Shown here piece after piece: positions 1 to 12,229 of a stretch of 64,000 nt of DNA. Source of the DNA: Oopsacas minuta (taxonomy: Eukaryota > Animalia > Porifera); the NCBI GenBank assembly GCA_024704765.1, contig JAKMXF010000122.1, positions 310,001-374,000 of the forward strand. The letters run 5' to 3'. Numbering within the stretch: position 1 is the first letter of the stretch; each line of letters opens with the position of its first letter. Below the pieces are notes generated by a model that saw nothing but the letters and a program-made list of their open reading frames with translations, was not told the origin of the DNA and searched no databases. The translations under genes and the position numbers were made by a program.

Positions 1-1798
1 TGTTTAGATGAGTATGTAGCCATTTTAAGCGCTAACCGGGTTGCACGTCCTTCATTTTGTTCTGAAAGGCTCTTCCTATTTTCATCAATTTTATTCGCGA
101 GATGTGTAAGAAGAGTATGTGCATTTAAAAACTGTTTGATCGTTGAGTGAATGGATTCTGAACGTTGTGTGGAATGAGCACCCAACGTGAGGTGTTGCCA
201 GGTCCATCGTGATGCCCATTGAATTCTCTTGTCATATAATATACGTAAAAAAAGTTGAGCAGAATGGAAAACTTTCTCGTTATTCGAGTTTTGCCTGATT
301 GAACTAGAGCCAAAAGTTCTTTCCATTCTTGATCAAAATCATCACGAGATTCTGAATCTTGTTTTTTACATAGATTCAACATGAATTTAAGAAAGCATTC
401 CAACTTTCGCATAAGTTTTCATGTCGGCCACTGAAAAGAGGTTTAATATGTTTGACAATATTTTGGCCAATGTGAAAAGTGTAAAGGAGATGTATAGTGG
501 AAGGGTATACATTTCTGATCGCTGCGGCCATAGCTGGGTCACTGTCTGTAATAATGATTTTGGGTGGATGTCGAAATGGTTTCAGGAATTCACTGAATGC
601 CCAAGTAAATGCTTCCTCTGTTTCATGATCAAGTAGTGTACATGCCAGGACTTGAGTATTTCCATGTTTATTGACTGTACAAAAAGCGGCAAACTTAAGG
701 GTATATTTATTTGTACCATGGGTGGTATCGAAGAGCACGATGTTAGCTTCAGAATTTTCAACCCAGCGTTCAAAACTATCAGTCAATGTCCAAAAGACTT
801 TACTCATTGAGCTGTCTTCTGCTGTTTGTATAGCGAAATACAATCCTTTGGTAGATAGTTGTTCTTGTAGATAACTGACGAAGTTCAATGCATCAAAACC
901 TCTTTCTTCAACACTTGGCTGAAATTTATTGTACACATCTTGATAAGACCACGTTATTGGAAGATGTTTTTCATGTGCTTTACTTATAAAAACTTGATTA
1001 ATTTTTGATGCTGTGAGACCTGCACGTTTAAGCTCAAAGCCGAGGGTATTAAATTCGAATGGTATTTGTCGAAGGGAAGACTCCACTAGACTAGCGCTAT
1101 GACTTTCTACTAAATCGTGATTGTGTACAAAATTTCCTGTAACTACTGCCCAACCTTCAATACATTCTTCTAAACGAATGCTATATGGACAATTACACCT
1201 TTGTGTAATGGTATTTCGTTTTTCATTTGTGAGTTTACCCTTTTTAGCTCTGTAGCAACTTAAAACCCTCTGCTTGCCTTTTCTAGATGTAGGTGTATAA
1301 GTTGAACTCCATACTAAGTTAAATCTCCCGCCACCAGTAGCAAGATCCAACGCCCATTCATTTAAATCTAATTTAGATGTCACATGAGATTCCCAAGGTC
1401 CTTTGGGCATATCATACGGTAGGATAGTAGACCTTGATAGAATCATTGTATCAATTCTTCTTCTGACATCCGTATGGGTTATTGATTCAGAAACACTCTG
1501 ATTTTCAGAGACTTGCTCTGGGTCTACCTGGGAACATTCGTTAAGCGGTGAGTTTGTATCAATAGGATCTGGAAATTTCGAAATTATATATTGACTTTCA
1601 GTTGAAGAAATGGGACCAAATGCATCAGTATGATGATCAGGGTCGTAATTATGAAGATAATTGGGGTAGTCAATCATTTCAGTTGGATGTTCGATTTCAT
1701 TGTATCCAGTTAGAGAACATGAATTAAAATCGAGGAATTAATTTTGTGAAGCTATAGCTACAAAATATTCATCTGATTGATCGCTTGGTTCAGCCATG
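1..1798 (-). pseudogene. FAR1/MULE (Mutator) transposase, frameshifted, runs off the window start
   Basis: ORF 376-1677 has FDTTHGTN (first Asp), IIITDSDPAM (second Asp) and a CxxH motif decayed to YTFH. After frameshifts, positions ~240-1 read YDKRIQWASRWTWQHLTLGAHSTQRSESIHSTIKQFL, the STQRSES catalytic-Glu motif. A WRKY-like CNCPYSIRL...HNHDL domain lies N-terminal. Confidence 0.9.
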
Positions 1799-2043
1799 AT
1801 AAATAGCTACGATGATTAATTCGCACAAATATAATAAATATTATCCGCAGATGGTAGGACTGAGTTACTGTGTCCCAATCAGAAAATGACCTTTTGAACC
1901 CGAAATTCAACCAAATTTGCCCAAAAATTACATGTTAGAAATATACGTTCTCCCCTTTAGGATTACCACGATTTTGATCAATACGAATTATTATGCATAT
2001 ATGGAGAAATTCGAGGCAATCTATACGAAGTTAGAAATAGAAA

Positions 2044-2217
2044 AATTCCTTATATGGTGCCTAAATCCTTATTTGTCGGTTAAATCCTTATATGTCGGTT
2101 AAATCCTTATATGTCGGCCATAATTCCTTATTTGTCGGCTAAATCCTTATATGTCGGCCATAATTCCTTATTTGTCGGCTAGCCGACAATGTAGGCCGCC
2201 GACATATAAGTAATCCC
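2044..2217 (-). repeat. Subterminal tandem array (7 x 19-21 bp) and probable 5' terminus (GGGATTAC...) of the MULE
   Basis: Units AAATCCTTAT(A/T)TGTCGG(TT/CT/CCAT) at 2044-2180 are followed by an inverted copy (GCCGACATATAAG) and CCC at 2215-2217, just upstream of the transposase. Confidence 0.75.
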
Positions 2218-2425
2218 TAATTTATATATGTTAACTACTGAATTTAGTCATCAAGGCCTTTTAATATTTCATCTTCAAACGCATCTGTGATAAAGATACC
2301 TCAAGATTAATATTAGTTTGGTGTATCCTAGGCTTGGATATGTCAAACACAACCAGTTAATGGTATTTTAAATGGCGTCGAATAACCCATCCCTGGTCCA
2401 AAAATCCATATATTACTGTTAGGAC

Positions 2426-4398
2426 TGTTGCGTGAGATTGTAACTCATTAGTATTATTGGACCAGGGACAGCCTTTCACCGTGAGATTTTAACTCATCTA
2501 TATTAAACGACTGTGAATTTGCAGGATATTCGACCAGGATGATTTCAATCACTAATTTGTCCTACTTGTACTCATCAGATTTACCCGAAATTAATATCAT
2601 TCGGTAGAGAAGTGTTGGACGTTGTATAAAATATAATTTTCTTAAACATTTTTTAACTTTTACCTATCTATTTTGTCATGGCGAGTAGGGTCGCTTCTCT
2701 ATTTAATCGACGACCTGAAAGTGAGATTACAAATCTGAAATTTTGTGTAAATTAAATTTCATGTAAATTAAATTTCATCCAAAAATTCTTAAAACTCGAG
2801 GAGATACAAGTATTCAAAGTTGAAGTCAGAGTTATATTGGAGGGGGTGAGTATCATTTTACAAAAAGTAGGGTCAGTTCAAATTGATATTTGATATCCCA
2901 AATCAAAGTTAAGCTATTATATTTGATGACAATCGATAGCTGTGACATGGGTGTATACCATTATGTTGCTATATTCCGGAAATTCTGAAATATACAGTCA
3001 CAATGGGGTTCTAAAAATGGCATAATTGTCATTTTTTATGTACTTTTGATGTTTCAATTTAGACTCAAATTTCAAAATAATTCATTCCCAGAATCGCCTG
3101 CAACTTTACAAGCTCCTTCTTTTATATTATATCATTCAATTTTCTTTAAAACAATACAGGGGTCACTAGTACTTTTCTAATGAATATTACAAGATTAATA
3201 TTTTGTGAAAATATGTTTTTCCACTAGCCATATCATTATTCACATTGTATAATACAATACTAGATTATCTCATAAGACTAATGAGCATGACTGTTATTTA
3301 CGCATGAAGTAACACAAGTTATAACTATTCTCTTGGTTCCCATTCTAATGTTGCTACAACAAACGAATAATCAAACCACAAAATCCTGAAATTACGAATT
3401 ACATTTTTTATTTTTATCCATCACAATGAAATCTACATATTGACAAATAATGATTATTCGTTTGTTGTAGCAACATTAGAATGGGAACCAAGAGAATAGT
3501 TATAACTTGTGTTACTTCATGCGTAAATAACAGTCATGCTCATTAGTCTTATGAGATAATCTAGTATTGTATTATACAATGTGAATAATGATATGGCTAG
3601 TGGAAAAACATATTTTCACAAAATATTAATCTTGTAATATTCATTAGAAAAGTACTAGTGACCCCTGTATTGTTTTAAAGAAAATTGAATGATATAATAT
3701 AAAAGAAGGAGCTTGTAAAGTTGCAGGCGATTCTGGGAATGAATTATTTTGAAATTTGAGTCTAAATTGAAACATCAAAAGTACATAAAAAATGACAATT
3801 ATGCCATTTTTAGAACCCCATTGTGACTGTATATTTCAGAATTTCCGGAATATAGCAACATAATGGTATACACCCATGTCACAGCTATCGATTGTCATCA
3901 AATATAATAGCTTAACTTTGATTTGGGATATCAAATATCAATTTGAACTGACCCTACTTTTTGTAAAATGATACTCACCCCCTCCAATATAACTCTGACT
4001 TCAACTTTGAATACTTGTATCTCCTCGAGTTTTAAGAATTTTTGGATGAAATTTAATTTACATGAAATTTAATTTACACAAAATTTCAGATTTGTAATCT
4101 CACTTTCAGGTCGTCGATTAAATAGAGAAGCGACCCTACTCGCCATGACAAAATAGATAGGTAAAAGTTAAAAAATGTTTAAGAAAATTATATTTTATAC
4201 AACGTCCAACACTTCTCTACCGAATGATATTAATTTCGGGTAAATCTGATGAGTACAAGTAGGACAAATTAGTGATTGAAATCATCCTGGTCGAATATCC
4301 TGCAAATTCACAGTCGTTTAATATAGATGAGTTAAAATCTCACGGTGAAAGGCTGTCCCTGGTCCAATAATACTAATGAGTTACAATCTCACGCAACA
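2426..4398. mobile_element. Non-coding foldback element: 948-bp inverted arms, 77-bp spacer, TGT...ACA ends, 4-bp TSD GGAC (Ginger-like termini)
   Basis: Arm 2426-3373 is the reverse complement of 3451-4398. The coordinate sum is 6824 at both ends and spot checks are identical. GGAC flanks the element at 2422-2425 and 4399-4402. Confidence 0.9.
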
Positions 4399-4435
4399 GG
4401 ACTATGTAGAGTAAGCTATGGCTCTGTAAATGGAA

Positions 4436-4747
4436 TTCAACAGAATATAGCCTCATCCGAAAATAGTAATTGTAGAGCTCAATAATTGTTGCTAATGGAT
4501 CCGTAGAAGTCGAGTTGCTATCCATGAATAACACAGTTTAATACCTAGCTCTAATTGTTAATGAGTGATTGAATACCTTACCGTATAAGCTCAATAGTGA
4601 TGTGAGAAGAAATAAAATATTAACCGTTTGAATAGTGTGATAAAGCTATTTTACTCATTAATATGAAGTCGGCTATTGCGGATCCAATAGTATAAAATAT
4701 TGAGCTCTACAATTAATATTATTCAGGTGAAGCTATCTACTGTTGAA
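4436..4747. mobile_element. Old MITE-like element with diverged ~60-70 bp inverted ends
   Basis: TTCAACAG...AATTGTAGAGCTCAATA is mirrored by TATTGAGCTCTACAATT...CTGTTGAA. Confidence 0.55.
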
Positions 4748-5166
4748 ATCTAATATCATACAATGGAAAATGCTTCAAATTCCATCAATATTCCAACATT
4801 TTTCGAAAGTAGTTGTCACTAAAATTTATACACTAATAAAAGATTCATCCTTTGTAAAAAAAGGATAAAACGGCTCGAAATAATACCAAAATAGTCCCAA
4901 AATTGCCATGACGCAACCAAATGAAGGGATATAATAAACCTAACAAGCAATGAGTGTGTTCTTACACAATGTTTACATGTGTTGGTGATAAATTAGTAGG
5001 GCAATGTAATTTGATCACCGATAGTTTAGTAGTTGGTATAAATGCTAGTGTGATATACAGTTGGCTGATAACTCCATTAATAGTAATGAATGTGGTAGAA
5101 ACAGGTGATTTTCCGGGATTCTCAATTTAAAACCAAATGCCAGCTTGCTTTCCAAACTAACATATT

Positions 5167-6956
5167 GGGAAGTCCGACATTTCGCTCCACTTTTGATTGG
5201 TCAATTTGTGTTAATAATTTAACAGGTTTACATGGCTAAATAATTGAACTAATTTTTGTCCTGAATTCGTTTGGTTAATTCTAACTTAAATAAAATTGGT
5301 TTGCCAGTTGCTTTGCATAATTTGCAAAATAGATTAACTAAGTAGCTTGTATAGATTCATTTAGATTGTGGTCGAAATATAAATAGTTTATTTTTAGAGG
5401 ATGACATATATAATTACGTAGTAGTTATTACAAACAGTTGACTAGATCTTTCTCCATTTATTTCAAACAATTTTAGCGTCCTGGCGGATTCAGTGGGTGC
5501 CAAACCTGTTTTCGGAGCCCGCTTCTTTGTCACGGTTGAATTCCAAATTTCCAATAGACATTAACATTAACTACTTTCAGAATTACAGACACCCTATAAT
5601 ACCAACTTCCAGCCATTTATTAGTACCAAAATATATTGATAACCCCGAAATTACGGCCATTTACCCGAGTCCATGGGTGACCGTAATCCAGATATTCCGC
5701 TGTATATATGTGTGTGTGTGTGTGTGTGTTCACTTGAAATTACTTCCTTGTTCACACCTTTGGACTTTAGAGGGGTTAAGAGCAGATTTGGCATGTATAC
5801 TCGCAATGAGATGTAGATGTGCACGGCTATCGAAGTGCTGGGCAGCACGCCCTGTGTTGGTTTTTCCCCTGTTGACTAAAAACAGTTTATTGATTAAGTA
5901 TGTATACCGCCCACCAGCACCATATACGATGCAACAAAGCTGCGTCTTGTAATGTGTGCTTTATTTATGTTCGCAATATTTTATATAAACGAGCGAGTTT
6001 CGCTTGAGGTTTACGATCACGCTATTAGGGAAGCCAGGCCTGACTAAGCCAATGTACAGATTGCCAATTAGAAATGTTTTAAGTTTATATTTCATTCCTT
6101 TTGTTGAGATTACTGGTTCCAAGCTCATTATAAATCAGTTTCCTAGTTTAAATATTGCACTACTTGTAATATTAATAAGTAACTTGCAAGAAATATAATT
6201 AATGAATCTAACAATTATCTAATAACAAATAGCAGACAAAACAAAACAAATAGAAGCTCGAAGACTAAACTATATTCTAGTTGGGTGCAGCTACCTCATC
6301 TCGACCACTGTCCACTTCAATTGGTAGCTGAACCGTTAGGAATGAGGAGGAAATCAAGAGAGAGGTAGGAATGAGGAGACTTGACACATTTACAGACTCT
6401 CCTATGCGACAAATATAGGCATCCTCCCTCTAGCAGCTTTTGTCCTCACTTTCCTGTTCTGATCAACCCGGAAGGAGGGCTGATCAGGATCCATTGATAA
6501 AATGGAGGAGTTATTAGTAAAAAGAATATAAAAATGTAGCAAAAAATATGTCAGCTGATAATGCAAGCTGAAAATAATAGAGTTACAACATTTAAATAGA
6601 ATAACACAGGTGACTTTCCATGTTTACTGGAAACATACAAATTAATTTCGCATCTTCTTTATCAATGGAATTGATTACTAGTATGCATTCCTGATATAAA
6701 TTCGCTACCTTTACTATTAATCATCTTACCTCACTTTGCTAACAAAGAACTTCTATGTTATGTTTACGATATAAATACTGAACATTAGCTTCTTCTGAAT
6801 TAATTCTCCCAAAATTAATTGATCATATTGCAATTTGCTTGGGTCATCTAAAACCTGTTAAATTATTAACAAAAATTGGCTAATTAAAAGTGGAGCGAAA
6901 TGTCGTGAAACAAAATGTCCTGAAACGAAATGTCGCTGGAACGAAATGTTAGATCC
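5167..6956. mobile_element. Non-autonomous MULE-like element with diverged ~90-bp TIRs
   Basis: GACATTTCGCTCCACTTTT...AATAATTTAACAGGTTT (5177-5229) is inverted at 6850-6905. The right end has tandem CGAAATGTC units and the ends are GG...CC. Imperfect 9-bp TSD TAACATATT / GAACATATA. Confidence 0.6.
5709..5729 (+). repeat. (TG)n microsatellite
   Basis: About 10 TG units are directly visible. Confidence 0.95.
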
Positions 6957-7959
6957 GAACATATAGGTATATATATATGGTTGTAAATTCAATTTGTACA
7001 TAATTGATTTTGGAATAAAATAAGAATAGGAATCTAATTGCTAAGAGTTAACAAGAAACATCCCAAATTGCGTATAATTCATACAGAAATTCTAGAGTAT
7101 TTGAAAAGATTTGATGGACTATATGTTGAAATACAGATAATAGTAAAGAACTTCAATCGAGTATCTAAAACCAAAGAAACTTGCTACATACTGAAACACA
7201 CACAAATCTGTAATGAAAAATGGTGAAATTGCTGAAATCTCTCCAAATGCCATGTGGTATTTCCGATTTAACTGCAGGTAACAGTTTCGGTTACAGCTAT
7301 GGGGCAGTGTATATGTGTCCCAATCAATCCAATTAAAAAGATCATGAATTCTCCACATCTTATTGTCAATAAGTTGAAGTTTTTTGTGACAATAAGACTC
7401 TAAATTATACAAGTATTGTATCAGGGCAACATCATCTAAAAATGGAAAAACTCCAATTTCACGAAGAAATTTAGAGAAATTGCCATGTCATAAGTCAATA
7501 AAAATATGACCTATACATAATATAATCAATAGTATGTCATTGACTAACTTCATACAAAGTTTGAAAAGAATCAGAGGATGTTTGTGAGATGACTGGTTGA
7601 GACCAGGAATTCCCGGAGAATAATTAACATTTTCCCTGGATTAAGCAATATTTCCTGGATATCATGCATGCTTTCCAACTGTCCCGTTTTTCGGACATGT
7701 GTTGAGCTTAATGTCCCGCCAAACCTTACCAAAAACCATAATTGTCCTGTTAAATACAAATATACTGCTTCGGTGATGTCCAGCTAAATTAGTAGTTTAC
7801 GTCCCGCGTTTCCTTTTACACAGCTTGTCAAGCATGATCATGTCATTTTCAGGGATAAACTAGGGATACCCTGGCGGTTAGCAAGTATACAATAGAATAC
7901 ATAATGTGGCTTGATATGAAGCACGAAATAGAGAAGTACAATAAAATAAACAAAGGCAC

Positions 7960-8325
7960 CTGATAACACAAAATATTGACCCCTGCAAGTGCTGCTGCCT
8001 TAGTGATACTGGAAATTTTGGCATGGACAGAATCCAGCTGATCCTGGAATGGAGCAGATGGAGAAAGGGGCATCTTATGTTGAACCAAACCAATCCGTAC
8101 AATCCGTGGATCTCTAAAAACCTCAGGCTTCGCAGAAAATTGAAATGATTTAACTGTAAAGTTTTCTGCTTTTGACAGTTCTAACACTGACTCCGGTATC
8201 TCGAGGGGTATCGCAGAAGTTCCATAGAGAATCCTTTTTACTTCACTTAGTTCAGATGGATTAAGAGGGCGATTTAGTGATTCATCCAAAATAGAATCAA
8301 GGGAATCAATAGGTTTTTGAGTCAT
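7960..8325 (-). CDS. UPB1: Beta-ureidopropionase (nitrilase superfamily), N-terminal coding exon, 122 codons
   Basis: MTQKPIDSL...LSEVKRILYG...RDPRIVRIGLVQHKMP...AAALAGVNILCYQ matches the UPB1 N-terminus I recall (LQEVKRVLYG...RRPRIVHVGLVQNRIP...AAMCGVNIICFQ). GT donor at 7959. The ATG directly follows a pyrimidine-rich TTCAG acceptor-like site. Confidence 0.9.
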
Positions 8326-9824
8326 CTGAATAGGAAAAAGAAATTAGCGGTAAAGAAATTGCATATAACCAGGGATACATTTTCTGCAGAGGATAACAAC
8401 AGACTGTCTAGTATAGTTGTGAGAACGAAAATTACTGAGGGATCGAGTTGGGAGATACAATGAATACCAATCTAGTACAATTACACTAATTAACCTATTT
8501 GTTTGCGTTGTGGCTCCGGTACTGGGATCTTGTAACTTCACCTGGTGGCACATGTGCCAGTACTGGAAGGGAATAATTTGCAGTTAAGGATCAGAGAAAA
8601 TTCTTTAGACCACCAGTAGGCCCACTAGTTGTAATAAAACCAGTATGGGACGGATAATTTTGGGTTTTAACGGAACGATTACAAAACATTCGAAATACAC
8701 GAATTTTGAAAATCCTAGGTATATCTTTAAAGAACCAGTTGAGAGAATCTGATAGAACTAAAGAACTCAAAAATCGGGATCTAGACTGACCGCATTACAA
8801 AAACAATCCATTCTAAGCTAAGGACATTGGGAAAATTATCAATATACTGAAATCATGCCAACTAATTCTCTACAAACTAATAATGCATCTATTAAATCTT
8901 GTAGTTATCATCGCATTATTCAGTCGATTCTTACATGATTTAATTGTTTATAATAGGTAATCTATAATTAGAAAGCGTTTCGCTTACTAGGCGCTGCGTG
9001 ACAGCTTAGGGCCCAAGTATAAATTAAGTATTAAACAGAAAATTTCTTAGTTGGTTACCCCGGGACTAGATTTAAATGAGGGAAAAATCCCGTTTGTCCC
9101 CCCTTTGGCCTAACAGTGTAGGAATTACATGCAAATAAATCATTATTTTTACTCCACAGCCTTGAAGACTTGAGACAGCGCTTCCCGTGTAAATTATGAT
9201 CATTTGAGTCAGGCTCCAATACTCGCTAAGCTCTTTCGCACGTCTAAAATAAGGAGCAAGGGGAATGAATCCCCAACCAAAATCATCAAGAAATTCCATC
9301 AAATAATTCTGGATGATAAATAAGCATAGAATTAATATCGTGAAAGAATCGACAGACAAGCGATGATATCAACATGATTGAATATGTGCATCCCTATGGT
9401 AGTCTGTATAGAATTCATTCACATTAAGAAACAACAGATGGAACTGACCCTACTTTTTGAATAATTTACACCATCCCTCTCAACTCTCACTTCCCAATTC
9501 AACTTTGAAATCTGATAGCTGATGGAGTTGAAGGGATTTTGAATTAAATGAATTTACATAAAGGTCCATATCTCCTAAATCTAGCAAAGGGATTTCAGAA
9601 TCGAATTCGAAATTTAGACCGAAATGTATAATAAAGTTGTATGTATACCTACTATAACAAGAAGAAGTGAGTAAAGCAAAAATTTTGAAAATTATTAATA
9701 CAGCCTAAAACTTCTTAACACTCCACCATCGAATTCTACAAATTTCCTTAAACAGAGCTGTACAAGCGAGTAAAATTAGTGATTGTTTACATGGTATAAT
9801 ACTAAGAAATGTTCTAAAATAGTT

Positions 9825-10270
9825 TCACACAAAATATACAAATTTTGTCATGATAAAGTTACCAAGTTCCTGAGTTATTGTACATACCATGGATAGCACA
9901 TGTTTACCAATATCCATTTATGAACCGATAATCATGCAAATTATTTGAAAATCAGTAAGCCAATATAATATACAACCGACTTTTCACATCCTAGTAATAC
10001 ATTTTGAAATGAAAAAGTCTCACCAAATGTGACATAATCGTGAATATTCCAATATTTCGCAATAATCTTTAGAGATTATCATGTTATTATCAGTGTAAGG
10101 AAGTGGGATAATTATACAATATATAGGCAATCGAGATCTTACGAATGCTTTCATGATAATCGAGTTATAAAAGTATATTGGCCAAAACATGTACTATCGA
10201 TACATGGTATGTGCTATAACTGAATATCTTGCTAACTTTATCATGAGAAATTATGTAGATTTGTGCAGAA
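9825..10270. mobile_element. Old MITE-like element, diverged ~100-bp inverted ends
   Basis: TCATGATAAAGTTACCAAG...CATACCATG (9848-9890) is inverted as CATGGTATG...CTTGCTAACTTTATCATGA (10203-10246). Confidence 0.55.
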
Positions 10271-10399
10271 TCGATTTGAGAATATTTCAACATTTAAATA
10301 AATAATATCAATATTTACGCTCTACATTGTTTTAAAGGTGGAGCATATTTTTGATAATTCGCTGAGTTATAGAATACAAAATGGATATATCATTAACTT

Positions 10400-10580
10400 G
10401 CAAATGAATTCAATAATTTTGGCAACTGAACTAAAGATCCAATTATTCTGGCAAACGAATTCAATTATTTTGGCAACCGAACATAAGATTCAATTATCTT
10501 GGCAACAGATCTTAAGGTTCAATTATTTTGCAAACGAATTCAATTATTTTGGCAAACAAAGCAATTAATTTGGCAAATGT
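10400..10580 (+). repeat. Tandem ~22-bp repeat (GAATTCAATTATTTTGGCAAAC), probable left subterminal arm of a MULE
   Basis: About 6 units, then AAGCAATTAATTTGGCAA. The same block is inverted at 17415-17486. Confidence 0.75.
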
Positions 10581-10757
10581 TTAAATTATATGCTCTATAT
10601 ATTGTTATCATTTCAACATTTCCCTTTGTAGAGTGTGGATTCATATACTCAGACCAGAATGTTAAAAAATGTATAGAAACATTGCTTACATTAGTAACTT
10701 CTAGGTTGGGTTCTAAACAGCAATAGTCAACAGCAAGTAATTCTAAAATAGAAAATA

Positions 10758-12133
10758 CAGTCTGTTTCAAAAGTATTGGCAGTAGTTCATATTTCATATT
10801 TCCTAAGCCTATTCAATTGTGTGATAGTATTTTCTATTGATCTTTTCGATATTGCATACTTAGATAGTCATCATGAAATTTATCATTAATCATGATGGAC
10901 TTTCTTAATGTTTTCCCCGATTCAGATATTTGAAACGGGGAATTTTGAGGCATAAAATTTCCCACCGCCACAGCTACCAATTTGATCTCATTTAATAAAA
11001 CAAATTATATTTTATCCCTATTTGTAGCTAAATGTCGCAATTAGAACAGAGGAAGAAAATCAAAATATTTATTGATGCAGGTATTACTTCAGCGAAGGAA
11101 ATCTCTGCTAAAACAGGGATGCCATTGAGGACAATTTTTCGCATAAAATCTATACTTCGTGAAGGCAAAAGCATAACACATAAAAGTGTTAGTGGGCGTC
11201 CCAAGGCTATCACATATTCACACAAATAATCAATTATACGAACGTTAAATTCTCATTCTAAGATCTCTATACGTTCTGTACACGCGAATCTCTCTTCCAA
11301 GTACACCGATGCTCCGTCAACTTCAACAGTCTACCGGACAACTCGTGCTTGTGGATTTAACTTTAAACAACCTGTTATGGGACCATTCATTACCCCATTA
11401 ATAGCTAAAAACAGAGTTGAATGGTGTAAAGATCATGTGAATTATTGTTGGGAGAATGTATTCTTCACAGACGAATGTTCTATTTGGTTAAATCGGGGAA
11501 GTGTTAGCATGTGGACTAAAGCAAAAGAAAATCCTATTCTGAAGGTTCAACAGCACACACCAAAATTACACGTTTGGGGAGGGATTTCTTCCATGGGAAC
11601 CACAATATTGAAGATATTTACTTCTAATTTTGTCTCCAAATTGTATATTGATACTCTGAATGAGTGTTTAATCAGAACAGCTGATGTTTACTATCCTGAG
11701 GGATGGATTCTGCAGGAAGACAATTCCCCAATTCATAAATCTAAGCTCAGCAAAGAGTGGAAAGATAGTGAAAATATTCTAGTATTGGATTGGCCTGCCT
11801 ATTCTCCGGACTTAAATCCAATTGAGAACATCTGGGGAGTCCTAAAGCAGAGGTTGTCAAAGAGATCTCTCAATAACTTGGCTGATTTAGAAGTAGCTAT
11901 AATTTACGAATGGGAGACTTTTACCCCCGATTTCCTGAAAAATTTTATATTATCTATGTCTAACCGTGTAAATATGTGCATAAATTCGGGAGGAGAGAAG
12001 ATTAATTACTGAAATTTTGTTTACAGATTTATCTTACCATAGAATTTCGTAGTATCATTATCTATTTGTTATTTGTTCCAATTTCTGAAATATTAACATT
12101 ATAATTTACTGCCAATACTTTTGAAACAGACTG
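10758..12133 (+). mobile_element. Tc1 DD34E transposon, 1376 bp
   Basis: Perfect 27-bp TIR CAGTCTGTTTCAAAAGTATTGGCAGTA and TA TSD. Motifs FFTDECS / QEDNSPIH / SPDLNPIE, with 34 residues between the second Asp and Glu. Confidence 0.95.
11032..12012 (+). pseudogene. Tc1 transposase, full length with a single in-frame stop
   Basis: ORFs 11032-11229 and 11377-12012 share a frame. The only disruption seen is TAA at 11227-11229. Confidence 0.9.
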
Positions 12134-12229
12134 TATGATTATAGAAAATATGATTAATTACTAGATATTCTTCTACATTAACAAATCCTCGCTAATAGTG
12201 TTTCTCTAAGGTAACGCTCCTAATCGAAT

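Noticed and set aside
2421-4403. Polinton/Maverick reading of the foldback (6-bp TSD AGGACT with long TIRs)
   Set aside because: That parse gives GTTG...CAAC ends instead of the usual AG...CT, and there is no coding content. The TGT...ACA plus 4-bp TSD parse uses the longer inverted match.
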